DNA of 64,000 bases from Candidatus Margulisiibacteriota bacterium (lineage in GTDB: Bacteria; Margulisbacteria; WOR-1; O2-12-FULL-45-9): contig JBDRHP010000020.1 in the NCBI GenBank assembly GCA_043816785.1, positions 13,845-77,844 of the forward strand, in the 5' to 3' direction. The notes below the pieces were generated by a model, which worked only from the letters and a program-made list of their open reading frames with translations, made no database searches and was not told where the DNA came from. This document shows positions 9,316 through 20,179 of the stretch, in pieces. A program made the position numbers and the translations under genes. Positions within the stretch are counted from its first letter, which is position 1. Each line of letters begins with the position of its first letter.

Positions 9316-10141
9316 CTTCTAAACTAATATCTAGCGCTTTTGCAGAATGCGTCAGAGCCCCAACTGAAATAGCATTAACGCCCGTCTTCGCAATCTTGCG
9401 CACAGTTTTTAAATTGACTCCGCCCGATGCCTCTGTCAAAAGCTTAGCCTTTTTACATAACTTGACAGCTTGGCGCAAAGTTTTAATGTTCATATTATCT
9501 AAAAGAATTGTATCCGCTCCCGCCTTTATCGCCTGTTTAACTTGCGCGATAGTTTTCGCTTCAACCTCTATCGCCTGCTTATCGCCGTATCTCCCTCTGA
9601 CGCCCTCTACGGCCTTCTCAATCCCTTTTCCCAAAACAAGATGATTGTCCTTGATCAAAATAGCATCATATAATCCCATGCGATGGTTAGTCCCGCCGCC
9701 AAGCTTAACCGCGTATTTTTCGAGAGCTCGCAGTCCAGGGGTCGTTTTCCTGGTATCAAGGATCGAGGTGCGGGGGACAAGGGACGTAAATTTATTTGTC
9801 AAGGTGGCGACTCCTGACAAGTGCTGGAGAAAGTTCAAGGCTACCCGCTCGCCTGTTAGTATCCCTCTAGCCGGACCAGAAACCGTGGCAATGATCTTGC
9901 CTTTTTTAACCTTTGCCCCGTCTCTTACTTTGGGCACAAATTTAATTCTTCGATCAAACTGATTAAAAACCTCTTTGGCCACCGCCAAGCCGGCAACAAC
10001 GCCAGCCTCCTTCGCCAAAACCCTTCCCCTGGCTACTGCACTACTATCTACGGCACTACAGGTAGTAATATCCCCACCCCCAACATCTTCTTTCAAAGCA
10101 ATTTTTACGACCTGCTTAAGGTTCATCGCAAGATCACCCAA
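9305..10141 (-). CDS. nadC: Nicotinate-nucleotide pyrophosphorylase (quinolinate phosphoribosyltransferase).
   Basis: ALKEDVGGGDITT N-terminal motif and QPRTase-like length. Confidence 0.85.
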   Translation of the reverse strand: MGDLAMNLKQVVKIALKEDVGGGDITTCSAVDSSAVARGRVLAKEAGVVAGLAVAKEVFNQFDRRIKFVPKVRDGAKVKKGKIIATVSGPARGILTGERVALNFLQHLSGVATLTNKFTSLVPRTSILDTRKTTPGLRALEKYAVKLGGGTNHRMGLYDAILIKDNHLVLGKGIEKAVEGVRGRYGDKQAIEVEAKTIAQVKQAIKAGADTILLDNMNIKTLRQAVKLCKKAKLLTEASGGVNLKTVRKIAKTGVNAISVGALTHSAKALDISLEVIN

Positions 10142-10947
10142 ACAAGATAATAATAGACAACTGGCGCGGTAAGAATAAAGCTATCCATGCGGTCTAAAAC
10201 CCCGCCATGGCCAGGCACCAGAGAAGAAGAATCCTTAACCCCGGCATCTCGCTTTATCAGCGACTCGACCAGGTCGCTCAGTTGGGCAACAAAGCCGATG
10301 AGCGCCCCCAAAATTAAGGAGTGCGTCATATCAAACCCAGCGTAGTAACCAAAAATGCCCGCGGCAACCAAGCAGACCATAAAACCTGCAGCCGCGCCTT
10401 CGATGGTCTTCTTGGGTGAAACTGAAGGAAAGAGCTTGTGCTTGCCAAATTTTGTGCCAAAGAAATAGGCCACCACATCCAAAGCCCAGATAGTTATCAG
10501 TAGAAAGAGTAAATAGGCTCCCCGCTCTGTCAGCGCCCTGATGAACAAAAAATAACTAAAAAACCAGCCAATATAAAACATGCCAAGGAAAGTAACAGCA
10601 ATGTCAACGATCGCTTCCTTGGGGCGCTTCAAAAACAGCGTGGCAACCATGGTTACCAGCGCTGAGCCGGTTAAAATCGCCGAATGAGCCGGCTCCCAGT
10701 TTTTTTTCAAAGCGTAATAAGCAAAAACAATAAAAAATATAGTGAAGAAATTTCCAACCCAGTAAGCTGGCCGAAAATCTTTTTTCTGCATCATGTTATA
10801 AAACTCATTGATCGAGGCAATGGCCAGCGCCAGGACTAGGAGCAGAAAAGCTACGCCGCCAAAGTAAACACAAGCGATAATGATCGGCACAGTTATTAAA
10901 GCTGTGAGAATTCTAACCAGCATCAATTTGCTCCGCGGTTTTACCAA
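10123..10947 (-). CDS. cdsA: Phosphatidate cytidylyltransferase.
   Basis: Multi-TM protein with the CDS signature SLIKRDAGVKDSSSLVPGHGGVLDRMDS. Confidence 0.85.
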   Translation of the reverse strand: MVKPRSKLMLVRILTALITVPIIIACVYFGGVAFLLLVLALAIASINEFYNMMQKKDFRPAYWVGNFFTIFFIVFAYYALKKNWEPAHSAILTGSALVTMVATLFLKRPKEAIVDIAVTFLGMFYIGWFFSYFLFIRALTERGAYLLFLLITIWALDVVAYFFGTKFGKHKLFPSVSPKKTIEGAAAGFMVCLVAAGIFGYYAGFDMTHSLILGALIGFVAQLSDLVESLIKRDAGVKDSSSLVPGHGGVLDRMDSFILTAPVVYYYLVWVILR

Positions 10948-11677
10948 ATTTTCTTAAACGTTTTTGATATGCTTCTATGGCCGCTTTCAACTGGTCGCGC
11001 CGAAAATCAGGCCAGAGGACCGGCGTTACATAGATCTCGGCATAAGCGATCTGCCAGAGCAAAAAATTTGAGACTCGCAGCTCGGAGGCGGTACGAATTA
11101 ATAAGTCCGGATCGGGCAGGCCCTTAGTATATAAATGCTGGCTGATCGTATTCTCGTCGATTTCTCTCCGACCCTCGGCAACTATTTCCTTAACCGCGTC
11201 AACCAGCTCCGCTCGGCCGCCATAATTGACCATCACATTCAAGGTTATCCGGTCATTATCCTTGGTCTGCTCCATTGCCTTAGACATTTTTTGCTTAAGT
11301 TCTGGAGAAAATTTTTGCAGCCGGCCCAAAAATCTTAGTTTGACCTTGTTGGCCATCAATTCTTCGACTTCGTTGTCAATGGTTTGGCCGAACAATTCCA
11401 TTAAGAAATCAACTTCTTCCTGCGGGCGGTTCCAATTCTCAGTAGAAAAGGCGTAGACAGTTAAAAATTTAACGCCGTATTCAGCGCAAGCCTTGAGTAC
11501 CGCCCGGACCGACGCAGAGCCTTCGCGATGGCCGGCAATGCGCGGCAAACCACGCTCTTTGGCCCAACGGCCATTCCCGTCCATGATAATCGCGATATGT
11601 TGGGGGACGTTTTGCAGGCCCAGGTTAGACCTCCATGATCTCTTTTTGCTTAGTGGCCAAAAGGTGATCAACTTCAC
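10913..11677 (-). CDS. uppS: Undecaprenyl-diphosphate synthase.
   Basis: HIAIIMDGNGRWA cis-prenyltransferase motif. Confidence 0.9.
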   Translation of the reverse strand: MKLITFWPLSKKRSWRSNLGLQNVPQHIAIIMDGNGRWAKERGLPRIAGHREGSASVRAVLKACAEYGVKFLTVYAFSTENWNRPQEEVDFLMELFGQTIDNEVEELMANKVKLRFLGRLQKFSPELKQKMSKAMEQTKDNDRITLNVMVNYGGRAELVDAVKEIVAEGRREIDENTISQHLYTKGLPDPDLLIRTASELRVSNFLLWQIAYAEIYVTPVLWPDFRRDQLKAAIEAYQKRLRKFGKTAEQIDAG

Positions 11678-12179
11678 TGCAGTATTTGTTGGTCATGTCC
11701 TGGACTTTTTTATCTAGGTTTTTTTCGTCGTCTTCGGTGATCTTTTTCTCGTTCTTTTGTTTTTTCAAGCTGTCATTGGCTTCGCGGCGAACATTCCTGA
11801 TCGCCACTTTAGCATCTTCCGTTTCCTTTTTTACAACTTTGACCAGCTCTTTTCTTCGTTCCTCCGATGGTTGCGGCAAGCTCAAGCGAAGCACATTGGC
11901 TTCCCGGCTTGGGTTAATGCCCAGATCTGACGTTAAAATGGCCTTTTCAATCGCCTGGGCAGCGGTCTTATCATAAGGAGTAATTAAAAGCTGGCGCGGC
12001 TCAGGCACAGAGATCGAAGCCAGCTGCTTCAATGGCGTGGGTGAGCCGTAATAATCAACATTAATGTGGTCAAGCAAGGCCGGGTTAGCGCGCCCGGTCC
12101 TAACCGCCACAAAATTCCTTTTTAAAACTTCGATCGCCGTTTTCATTTTCGCATCGCTTTCTTTTATCGCATCCTGCAT
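11625..12179 (-). CDS. frr: Ribosome recycling factor.
   Basis: 184 aa with RRF-like sequence, in the conserved pyrH-frr-uppS-cdsA order. Confidence 0.9.
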   Translation of the reverse strand: MQDAIKESDAKMKTAIEVLKRNFVAVRTGRANPALLDHINVDYYGSPTPLKQLASISVPEPRQLLITPYDKTAAQAIEKAILTSDLGINPSREANVLRLSLPQPSEERRKELVKVVKKETEDAKVAIRNVRREANDSLKKQKNEKKITEDDEKNLDKKVQDMTNKYCSEVDHLLATKQKEIMEV

Positions 12180-12206
12180 TTTGTTGCCCTCCTAGACTGA
12201 AGTAAA

Positions 12207-12923
12207 TTATTCTTCGACCGCGATCAGCGTGCCTACGGCTTGCCCCTGGACCGCTTTGCGGATATTACCGTGTTTGGTCATGTCAAAGACAATAATGGGG
12301 ATGCTGTTCTCCATGCAGAGCGAGGCAGCGGTGGTGTCTAAAACCCTCAATCTTTTTTGGATCAGCTTCATATGCGTTATCTTCTTAAATTTCTTAGCGT
12401 CCTGGTGGTGGACCGGGTCTTTATCATAAACTCCGCCAACCTTGGTAGCTTTTAAAACCACGTCAACATTAAGCTCGGCCGCGCGCAAGGCCGCGGTAGT
12501 GTCCGTTGAAAAATAAGGGTTGCCGGTCCCAGCCGCTAAAATTACCACCCGCCCCTTTTCCATGTGGCGAATGGCCCGGCGGCGGATAAACGGCTCAGCA
12601 ATTGATCTCATCTCAATGGCGGTTTGGACCCGAGAAGGCGCCCCAACGCTTTCCAGGGCATCCTGTAGCGCCAGGGAATTGATCACAGTTGCCAGCATGC
12701 CCATGTAGTCGCCCGTGGCCCGGTCAATGCCCTTTACTGCGCCGGCCACACCCCGGAAAATATTGCCGCCGCCCACCACGATCGCGATATCAACGCCTAA
12801 TTTTTTTACGGTTTTGATCTCTTCAGCCAGGAGCTTCAGCAAATCCAGGTCAATGCCATGCTTGCGTTTGCCGCCAAAGACTTCGCCGGAGAGTTTTAAG
12901 AGGATGCGTTTGTACTTAGCCAT
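12207..12923 (-). CDS. pyrH: UMP kinase.
   Basis: [11 protein letters not shown]-terminus of the amino-acid-kinase fold. Confidence 0.9.
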   Translation of the reverse strand: MAKYKRILLKLSGEVFGGKRKHGIDLDLLKLLAEEIKTVKKLGVDIAIVVGGGNIFRGVAGAVKGIDRATGDYMGMLATVINSLALQDALESVGAPSRVQTAIEMRSIAEPFIRRRAIRHMEKGRVVILAAGTGNPYFSTDTTAALRAAELNVDVVLKATKVGGVYDKDPVHHQDAKKFKKITHMKLIQKRLRVLDTTAASLCMENSIPIIVFDMTKHGNIRKAVQGQAVGTLIAVEE

Positions 12924-12958
12924 TTAGTCTTGTCCTTTATGGAAAAATATACTATAAT

Positions 12959-14011
12959 TTGAATGAAATGTCTATGCTTTTTCCATACTTTGAATTAATG
13001 GCATCACTCTTCGTCCTGCTGCTTTGTTTTCAGATTTTCACCCGCCATTATGACAACAGGGTCGCGCGCTTCTTTGCCCTGTTTGCCCTGGTGGCCTTCT
13101 TAGCAGCTATTCTGGAATATTCCTTAAGGATCGCCTTTACGCTAGATCTGGCCAGAGATCTTAACCGGATCGCCGCCTCGCTCTGGGCTTTTGTTTTTTC
13201 CATGTTCGCCCATTTTTCTTTTGTTTTCGCTAAAAAGAAAAAATTTCTGGAAAATCCTTTGTCGCTGGTTTTCTTCTACCTGCCGCCGGCGATCTTAACC
13301 CTGCTCTTCTGCTTCACCAACTTAATGTACGCGCGCTACGAGATCTGGTCGATCGGCATTGTCAGCCAGCCGGCGCCGACTTACTGGCTTTTCCTGCTGC
13401 AAAACTTTTTCTATGCTCTCCTGGGCATTACGACGATCTTTTTGTTCGGCCTTAAGGCGCAGCAAAAGATGGTCAGAACCCAAGCCTTCATCATTGCGAT
13501 TGGTTCGTTAATCCCCCTGGTCATCGGCCTGCTAAGCGACGAACTCCTGCCGCTACTGATGGGCGTCAGGATCATGTTCCCGACTGCGGTCTTTGCTATC
13601 GCGGTTATGAACCTGTTCATTTATATTGCCATGCGGCGCTACAGCCTTTTTGCGGTCTCGCCGGCGATCGCAGCCGACGTGATCATCGAAACCATGCCGG
13701 ATGCCTTGCTGGCCACAGACCTTGAGGGCAAGATGCTCTTTATCAATGAAGAGGCGGAGAAATTATTTTGTGTTGAAAATTGCGAGCTGGTGGGCCAGGA
13801 TTTTAGCTCGCTGTTCAAGAACCAGGCGAAGTACGAAAAACTTTACAATGAGGTTGTCCTGAAGAAAAAGGAAATTCTGCGTTATGAGGCCGAACTTTTG
13901 GACCCCCGCGGCGAGCGGCTTCCCGCCCTGATCAACGCCAATCTGCTGAGAGATAAGATAGTAGGAGATACCATCGGTATCATTTTTGTGGTCCGCGATA
14001 TCCGCGGTTAA
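12959..14011 (+). CDS. Membrane sensor-like protein: multi-TM N-terminal domain plus a C-terminal PAS domain, with no output domain.
   Basis: About six or seven hydrophobic helices, then a PAS-like segment (IIETMPDALLATDLEGKMLFINEEAEKLF). No HisKA/HATPase motifs. Confidence 0.5.
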   Translation: MNEMSMLFPYFELMASLFVLLLCFQIFTRHYDNRVARFFALFALVAFLAAILEYSLRIAFTLDLARDLNRIAASLWAFVFSMFAHFSFVFAKKKKFLENPLSLVFFYLPPAILTLLFCFTNLMYARYEIWSIGIVSQPAPTYWLFLLQNFFYALLGITTIFLFGLKAQQKMVRTQAFIIAIGSLIPLVIGLLSDELLPLLMGVRIMFPTAVFAIAVMNLFIYIAMRRYSLFAVSPAIAADVIIETMPDALLATDLEGKMLFINEEAEKLFCVENCELVGQDFSSLFKNQAKYEKLYNEVVLKKKEILRYEAELLDPRGERLPALINANLLRDKIVGDTIGIIFVVRDIRG

Positions 14012-14023
14012 ATCTTTTCTCCC

Positions 14024-15781
14024 ATGAAAGAATACGACATTATTGTAATCGGCGCCGGCCATGCCGGCATTGAAGCTGCTTTGGCTTCTGCCCGGCTAGG
14101 TTGCCGCACCCTTCTTTTAACCATGAACGTTGACGCCGTTGCCTTAATGTCTTGTAACCCCGCCATGGGCGGGCCAGCCAAAAGTCAGCTGATTAGAGAG
14201 GTTGACGCTTTGGGCGGACAAATCGGCATCTCAACTGATCTAACTTTTCTTCAGATGAAAACGCTCAACACCAATAATGGGCCCGCAGTCCAGGCTTTGC
14301 GCGCCCAATCCGACCGCCAGCTGTACCACCTTGTCATGAAAGAGGTTTTAGGATCACAGCAAAACCTTGACTTAAAACAAGACGAAGTCGTGGACCTTTT
14401 AACAAATGATTCGGTGATTACCGGCGTGTGCACCAGACTTGGTTATGTTTACCGCGGAAAAACCGTCATTGTCACTTCTGGGACGTTTCTTAATGGTGTA
14501 ATCCATGTTGGCATGAAGCACACGGAAGCAGGAAGAATGGGGGAGCTCCCTGCCAAAGGGCTGTCGGATTCTCTGCGAAACTTAGGTTTGCGCTTGGGTC
14601 GTTTAAAAACAGGAACTCCGGCACGATTAAAGAAAGGTTCGATCGATTTTTCCAAGATGAAACCTCAACCAGGCGATGAGCCGCCAAGATTTTTCTCATT
14701 TATCTGGGAGTACAAACAATATGGTTTGCCCAATGTTCCGGACAACCCTCAGGTCACATTGCCCCAGGTACTTTGCCATCTTACCTGGACAAACGAACAA
14801 ACACACGAAATCATTCGCGCCAACCTGGACCGCTCGCCGCTTTTCCAAGGAAAAATAAAAGGTGTTGGCCCGCGCTATTGCCCCTCGATCGAAGACAAGG
14901 TAGTGCGTTTCCCGGAAAAGAAACGCCAGCAATGCTTTATTGAGCCCACTGGCCGAAATACTTCAGAAATGTACGCCCAGGGCATGTCAACTTCCCTGCC
15001 TGAAGACGTGCAGCTGGCCATGCTGCGCACCATGCCCGGGTTAGAAAAAGTTGAATTACTCCGGCCTGGCTATGCCGTGGAATACGATTACGTCCCCTCA
15101 TCGCAACTTAACTATACGCTGGAAACAAAAGATCTTTCCGGCCTTTTTTGCGCCGGCCAGATCAACGGCACGTCCGGCTATGAGGAAGCGGCGGCCCAGG
15201 GGCTGGTTGCCGGGGTTAACGCGGCCCTAAAGGTTAAAGGCCAAGACCCCTTAATTCTTGGCCGGGACGAAGGCTATATCGGCACGCTGATCGATGATCT
15301 GATCACCAAAGACATTGAAGAACCCTACCGCATGCTGACCTCTCGCTCAGAATACCGGTTAATCCTGCGGCAAGACAACGCCGACTTGCGGCTAACAGAA
15401 AAGGGCCACAAAGTCGGCCTGATCTCTGAAGCAAGATTTAAATGTTTTGAAAAAAAACAAAAGGCCATAGAAAACGGGGACATAATTTCTGTTGAGGTTT
15501 CGGAACAACTCAATATAAGCGAAAAATACCGCGGGTATATCAAACGCCAGCTGCAGCAGGTCGAAAAATTCAAGCGGCTGGAGGGCAAGGGCCTCCCGCC
15601 ACAACTTGATTTTCAAAACCTGCATGGACTGTCTAGCGAAGCCCGGCATAAATTGGCTAAACTTAGGCCGGTCTCAATCGGCCAGGCTTCAAGGATCGCC
15701 GGGGTCTCTCCCGCCGACATTTCGGTCTTGCTCGTTCACCTAGAAACTTATAGACGCGGGCGCCCGGCCATGGTAAAATAA
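14024..15781 (+). CDS. mnmG: tRNA uridine 5-carboxymethylaminomethyl modification enzyme MnmG (GidA).
   Basis: [19 protein letters not shown]-binding motif and GidA-like sequence throughout. Confidence 0.9.
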   Translation: MKEYDIIVIGAGHAGIEAALASARLGCRTLLLTMNVDAVALMSCNPAMGGPAKSQLIREVDALGGQIGISTDLTFLQMKTLNTNNGPAVQALRAQSDRQLYHLVMKEVLGSQQNLDLKQDEVVDLLTNDSVITGVCTRLGYVYRGKTVIVTSGTFLNGVIHVGMKHTEAGRMGELPAKGLSDSLRNLGLRLGRLKTGTPARLKKGSIDFSKMKPQPGDEPPRFFSFIWEYKQYGLPNVPDNPQVTLPQVLCHLTWTNEQTHEIIRANLDRSPLFQGKIKGVGPRYCPSIEDKVVRFPEKKRQQCFIEPTGRNTSEMYAQGMSTSLPEDVQLAMLRTMPGLEKVELLRPGYAVEYDYVPSSQLNYTLETKDLSGLFCAGQINGTSGYEEAAAQGLVAGVNAALKVKGQDPLILGRDEGYIGTLIDDLITKDIEEPYRMLTSRSEYRLILRQDNADLRLTEKGHKVGLISEARFKCFEKKQKAIENGDIISVEVSEQLNISEKYRGYIKRQLQQVEKFKRLEGKGLPPQLDFQNLHGLSSEARHKLAKLRPVSIGQASRIAGVSPADISVLLVHLETYRRGRPAMVK

Positions 15782-15822
15782 CACGTTCGTTTTGCGCGAA
15801 TCTTTTATTCAAGAACTAGGAG

Positions 15823-16287
15823 GTGAAAGAAATGAAGAGATTAATCGCGATTGTTTTGACCCTGGCCTTTTTCGGTGGCGTGGCTTTAGCGGCCGACTTC
15901 ACCAACATAGGTTTCATCGATGTGCAAAAAGTTTTCCGCGAATACAAGTCAACTGAGAAAGCTCAAGAAGAGCTGGGCAAGCAGGAGGAGGCTTTCAAAA
16001 AGGAATTTGAAGAAAGCCAAAAGAAACTAGAGCAGGCGGAGAAAGACGGCAAAAAACCTTCTGAGCTGGAAACAATGAAAAAGGACCTTGAGACCAAGCT
16101 GGCGCCTAAAAGAGAAAAATTGCTCAAACTTAACGAGCAGTTAACGGTCAAGCTCCAAATGGAGATCCTTGACTCAGTAAAAAAGGTAGCTAAAAAAGTT
16201 GGCCTTGATGTTGTTCTTGATAAGCAGGTCGTGATCACCGGCGGCATGGATCTAACTGAAATGGTGGTCAACGAACTTAACAAATAA
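15823..16287 (+). CDS. skp: Periplasmic chaperone Skp (OmpH).
   Basis: Signal peptide and a Lys/Glu-rich coiled-coil, immediately upstream of lpxD. Confidence 0.8.
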   Translation: MKEMKRLIAIVLTLAFFGGVALAADFTNIGFIDVQKVFREYKSTEKAQEELGKQEEAFKKEFEESQKKLEQAEKDGKKPSELETMKKDLETKLAPKREKLLKLNEQLTVKLQMEILDSVKKVAKKVGLDVVLDKQVVITGGMDLTEMVVNELNK

Positions 16288-17204
16288 TGAAGCTCAGTGA
16301 GCTCGCCAAAGCTGTTTCCGGCCAGGTTGTTGGAGATGGCGAGGTTGAGATAAAAGGCGTTTCACCGATTGAAGAGGCTAAGGGCGGAGATCTGGTCTTT
16401 GTACTGGATAAGAAGTTCTTAGCCTCTGCTTTAAGATCAAAAGCCAGCGCGCTATTGGTCTCCTCCCAGGTAGTCGTCTCTGGCAAGCCGGCCCTGTTAG
16501 CTGATGACCCCAGAGGCGCCATGGCCAAAACCCTGCCTTTCTTTGCCCCCAAACAAGCCCGGCCCAAGGGCATTCATGAAACTGCGATCGTGCCCAGTTC
16601 TTGCAAAATTGGCAAGGACGTTTCGATCGGTGCTTATGTTGTTTTAGAAGAAAACGTTTCGATCGGTGCCAACACACTAATTTATCCTCAGGTCTGGATC
16701 GGCGCTAATTGCCAGATTGGTCAGCGCGCCATTCTTCACTCCGGCTGCCGGGTTGGCGTTGACGGCTACGGTTATGTTCAGGAAAAAGGCAAGCATATAA
16801 AAATTCCCCAGATTGGCAATGTTATTATTGGAGACGATGTAGAGATCTATGCCAATGTCTGTGTTTCTCGCGCCACTCTCGGCTCAACGATCATTGGCTC
16901 GGGGACAAAAATTGACAACCTTTCCCATGTGGCCCACAACTGCAAGATCGGCAAAGATTGCGCCATTGTCAGTTTGGTTGGGTTTGCCGGCTCAGTAACC
17001 CTTGGGGATCACGTTTTCGTTGCTGGTCAGGCAGGGTTCAACGGACACATCACCATTGGCGAAAACAGCGTGGTAATGGCTCGGACCGGCGTAACCAAAG
17101 ACGTACCGGCCAATTCGCTTGTCTCTGGTTTTCCGGCGCAAGATCACCGCAAGGAAATTGAGTTCCAGGCGTCCCTGCGGCGTTTAGCAAAAAAGACTAG
17201 ATGA
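16287..17204 (+). CDS. lpxD: UDP-3-O-acylglucosamine N-acyltransferase.
   Basis: LpxD N-terminal domain followed by left-handed beta-helix hexapeptide repeats. Confidence 0.85.
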   Translation: MKLSELAKAVSGQVVGDGEVEIKGVSPIEEAKGGDLVFVLDKKFLASALRSKASALLVSSQVVVSGKPALLADDPRGAMAKTLPFFAPKQARPKGIHETAIVPSSCKIGKDVSIGAYVVLEENVSIGANTLIYPQVWIGANCQIGQRAILHSGCRVGVDGYGYVQEKGKHIKIPQIGNVIIGDDVEIYANVCVSRATLGSTIIGSGTKIDNLSHVAHNCKIGKDCAIVSLVGFAGSVTLGDHVFVAGQAGFNGHITIGENSVVMARTGVTKDVPANSLVSGFPAQDHRKEIEFQASLRRLAKKTR

Positions 17205-18361
17205 GGATTGCCCTCTTTTCCAATTCCTACCTGCCCTATCTTAGCGGCATAACTGTCTCTGTCAAAATGCTTAAGGATGAGCTGTGCGCGCTTGGTCATG
17301 AGGTTTTTATTGTCGGACCAAAGTATCCTGGCTACAAAGAAGCCGATCCACAGATCTTACGCCTACCTTCAATGCCCGCGACCTATCCCGGCTATCGCCT
17401 GGTCTGGCCGTATTCATATAAGATCTTTAAACAACTCAGGCAGGAAAAAATTGACCTGATCCACGCTCACCAGCCCTTTGGTGTTGGTTTGGCCGCTTTG
17501 ATTTTAGCCAGGCGGATGAAGGTTCCCATTGTCTATAGCTTTCACACCCTCTTTTCCCGGTACGTCCACCACGCACCTTTCATCCCGCAAAGGCTTGCCA
17601 AGATCGCCATTGCCCGATATTTAGCTTGGTTCTGCAACCGGGTTGACACAGTGATCGTTCCGTCAGAAATGGTTAGGCGGTTGCTGCTCTTAAGAAAGGT
17701 TAAAACCCCGATAAAAGTTATTCCAACCGGCTTAAAGCTTGATCTGATAAAACAGAAAGCCGAGCTCGGAACACAGAGTTTAGAGCTCAGGAAAAAACAC
17801 CGGCTAACTGAAAAAGCAAAGATACTCCTTTGCAGCGGCCGCCTTGCCCCGGAAAAAAACATCCCGTTCCTGCTGCACGCTTTTGAAGCGGTTAAGGCCG
17901 AAGTGCCTGAAGCTTATTTAATAATGGTGGGCGGCGGACCCAGAGAAAAAGAGTATCGAAAACTGGCTGGCAACCAGGTCATTTTTACCGGCCAGATTCC
18001 CCACGCTGAAGTGATCGACCATTGCTTGGCTGCTGATCTCTTTGTCTATGCCTCAACCACAGAAACCCAGGGCCTGGTGCTGACAGAAGCCAAGGCTTGC
18101 GGCCTGCCAGTGGTGGCGCTGTTTGGCGGAGGACTTGCTGATGTGGTAGAAAACGGCTTAGATGGGTATTTAGTGCGGCGCGACCAGAAAAAGTTTATTG
18201 AGCACGTGGTGCGACTACTAAAACAGGACGGCTTGCGCAGGACCATGGCCCAAAAAGCACGCGAAGACGCGCACGAACGGTTCTCATCAGTATCGGTTGC
18301 AAAAAGAATAGAAACTGTTTATAATTCACTCATCCAATCCTTCGACAAGCTCAGGATTTAG
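17201..18361 (+). CDS. GT4-family (GT-B) glycosyltransferase, translationally coupled to lpxD.
   Basis: N-terminal MRIALFSNSYLPYLSGI and a C-terminal GT1/GT4 EX7E-like region; 4-nt overlap with lpxD. Confidence 0.7.
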   Translation: MRIALFSNSYLPYLSGITVSVKMLKDELCALGHEVFIVGPKYPGYKEADPQILRLPSMPATYPGYRLVWPYSYKIFKQLRQEKIDLIHAHQPFGVGLAALILARRMKVPIVYSFHTLFSRYVHHAPFIPQRLAKIAIARYLAWFCNRVDTVIVPSEMVRRLLLLRKVKTPIKVIPTGLKLDLIKQKAELGTQSLELRKKHRLTEKAKILLCSGRLAPEKNIPFLLHAFEAVKAEVPEAYLIMVGGGPREKEYRKLAGNQVIFTGQIPHAEVIDHCLAADLFVYASTTETQGLVLTEAKACGLPVVALFGGGLADVVENGLDGYLVRRDQKKFIEHVVRLLKQDGLRRTMAQKAREDAHERFSSVSVAKRIETVYNSLIQSFDKLRI

Positions 18362-18371
18362 GAGGGGGAAA

Positions 18372-19106
18372 ATGCCTAAAATTTGGAAATTGAGTATTGG
18401 GTTTTGTTTGTGTCTTGTTTCTTGTATCTTGGTTATTTCTCCGGCCTCGGCTTACCCCCAGGTCTTTCCAGCGCCGGCCATTAGCGGCCCCAGCGGCGTG
18501 GTCAGGATCCCCTCAGCCGACGTTATTCCTTATAAGAATTTTAATATTGGCGCGGATTTTGGCGCCACTTTCCTGCCAGGCTTTGGCAGCAGTGAATCCG
18601 CTGTTTATTATAAAATGAATCTGGGCACCTATCATGGGGTTGAGCTGGGGATCGTCGGCGGCACAGAGAAGAACTCTGGCACGATCCGTGAAGGCGTTTT
18701 TGTTAACATGAAGCTGTCTCTTTCAACCGGGGAAGAGCCTTACCCGATGCTCTTAGCCATTGGCGTTGAAAACCTTTTTTCCTACACGCAAACTGATGTT
18801 TACATGGTGGCCACAAAATACTTGAAGCAGGGCCCGCGCCTGACCTTTGGTTTTATGGCAGATTTTCCCAGCAACCGTTTCCGGCCTTTGGGCATGGCTG
18901 GGTTAGAGCTGCCGGTTGGCGACACCTTCTTTGTCAGCAGCGATCTTTTGGCCGGGGAAACCCTATTCCAGGTCAACGCCGGAGCCAGGGTTTATTTCAC
19001 TCCAATATTTGCGCTTAACATTTCCGGGTTAAACCTTTTTGATAACCCTGACGCCAAAGACTCACGCTCTGCCCTGATCGGCTTTAGCTGGGCTAACCCT
19101 TTCTAA
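18372..19106 (+). CDS. Hypothetical outer-membrane or secreted protein.
   Basis: Signal peptide, Gly/aromatic-rich sequence, C-terminal ...WANPF ending in Phe. Confidence 0.5.
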   Translation: MPKIWKLSIGFCLCLVSCILVISPASAYPQVFPAPAISGPSGVVRIPSADVIPYKNFNIGADFGATFLPGFGSSESAVYYKMNLGTYHGVELGIVGGTEKNSGTIREGVFVNMKLSLSTGEEPYPMLLAIGVENLFSYTQTDVYMVATKYLKQGPRLTFGFMADFPSNRFRPLGMAGLELPVGDTFFVSSDLLAGETLFQVNAGARVYFTPIFALNISGLNLFDNPDAKDSRSALIGFSWANPF

Positions 19107-20179
19107 TGGCCGAAGATTTTCTCCGGGACGCGGTCAAAGGCATAAAAGATTACGTCCCTGGTCAAACTCCCAAAGAGCCAGGCGTCATTAAGCTGGCTTC
19201 AAACGAAAACCCCTTTGGCCCCTCCCCTAAAGCGCTTGAGGCCATCACTAAAGAGGGGAAGAACCTGCAGATCTATCCTGACCAAAAATCGCTTTTTCTT
19301 CGCGAAGCCTTAGGTAAAAAACTGAACGTTGGCGAAGACGCGATCATCATTGGCAACGGCTCTGACGAGATCATGCAGATCGCGGCGGCGACCTTCTTAA
19401 AACCAGGCGAAGAAGTTATTATCCCGGAAAACACCTTCAGCTTATATGAATTCGTAACCAGAATTTTTGATGGCCGCCTGGTTTTTGTCCCATTAAAAGA
19501 TCAGGCCCAGGACCTTGAGGCAATGGCTAAAGCAGTCACCCCGAAAACAAAAATGATCTTTATCTGCAACCCGCACAACCCGACCGGCACTATGATTTCC
19601 GCCAAGGATCTTGAGGACTTTTTAAACAAGGTCCCCAACAACATTCTAATTATAATTGATGAAGCCTATATGGAGTTTGCGGAGTCAAAAGAGTTCCCTG
19701 ACTCTCTAAAATATGTCAAAAACAGAAAAAACGTCTTAGTGCTCAGGACTTTTTCCAAGTTTTATGGATTGGCGGGCTTGCGAGTTGGTTATGGGGTAGC
19801 CAAGGCCGAGCTAACTAAATATATGTTTCGGCTAAAGCCGCCATTTAACGTTAACCGCCTGGCCCAAGCTGGCGCCACCGCAGCCCTAGATGACAAAGCC
19901 TTCTTGGATAAAACCTACAAAAATAACCTCGAAGGCAAAAAATATCTTTATGCGGAGCTGGATAAACTTGGGCTGAAACATGAAAAGACCGAGGCGAATT
20001 TTATTTATATAGATTTAAAAAGATCTGCGGATCAGCTGTTCTTGGATCTGATGAAACAAAGAGTAATTATAAGACCCCTAACCTCTTTTGGCCTGCCGGA
20101 AGCAATAAGGGTTTCGATCGGCACCAAAGCACAGAACGAGAAATTTGTCACGGCGCTAACCGGCCTATTAAAAGCTTAG
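19106..20179 (+). CDS. hisC: Histidinol-phosphate aminotransferase.
   Basis: Class-II aminotransferase with LASNENPFGPSP and the PLP-Lys region (FSKFYGLAGLRVGY). Confidence 0.85.
   Translation: MAEDFLRDAVKGIKDYVPGQTPKEPGVIKLASNENPFGPSPKALEAITKEGKNLQIYPDQKSLFLREALGKKLNVGEDAIIIGNGSDEIMQIAAATFLKPGEEVIIPENTFSLYEFVTRIFDGRLVFVPLKDQAQDLEAMAKAVTPKTKMIFICNPHNPTGTMISAKDLEDFLNKVPNNILIIIDEAYMEFAESKEFPDSLKYVKNRKNVLVLRTFSKFYGLAGLRVGYGVAKAELTKYMFRLKPPFNVNRLAQAGATAALDDKAFLDKTYKNNLEGKKYLYAELDKLGLKHEKTEANFIYIDLKRSADQLFLDLMKQRVIIRPLTSFGLPEAIRVSIGTKAQNEKFVTALTGLLKA

Noticed and set aside
14251-14932. Several short ORFs on both strands inside mnmG.
   Set aside because: They overlap the highly conserved mnmG reading frame.
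16277-16677. Two roughly 100-aa minus-strand ORFs.
   Set aside because: They are antisense to lpxD, which has a strong hexapeptide-repeat reading frame.
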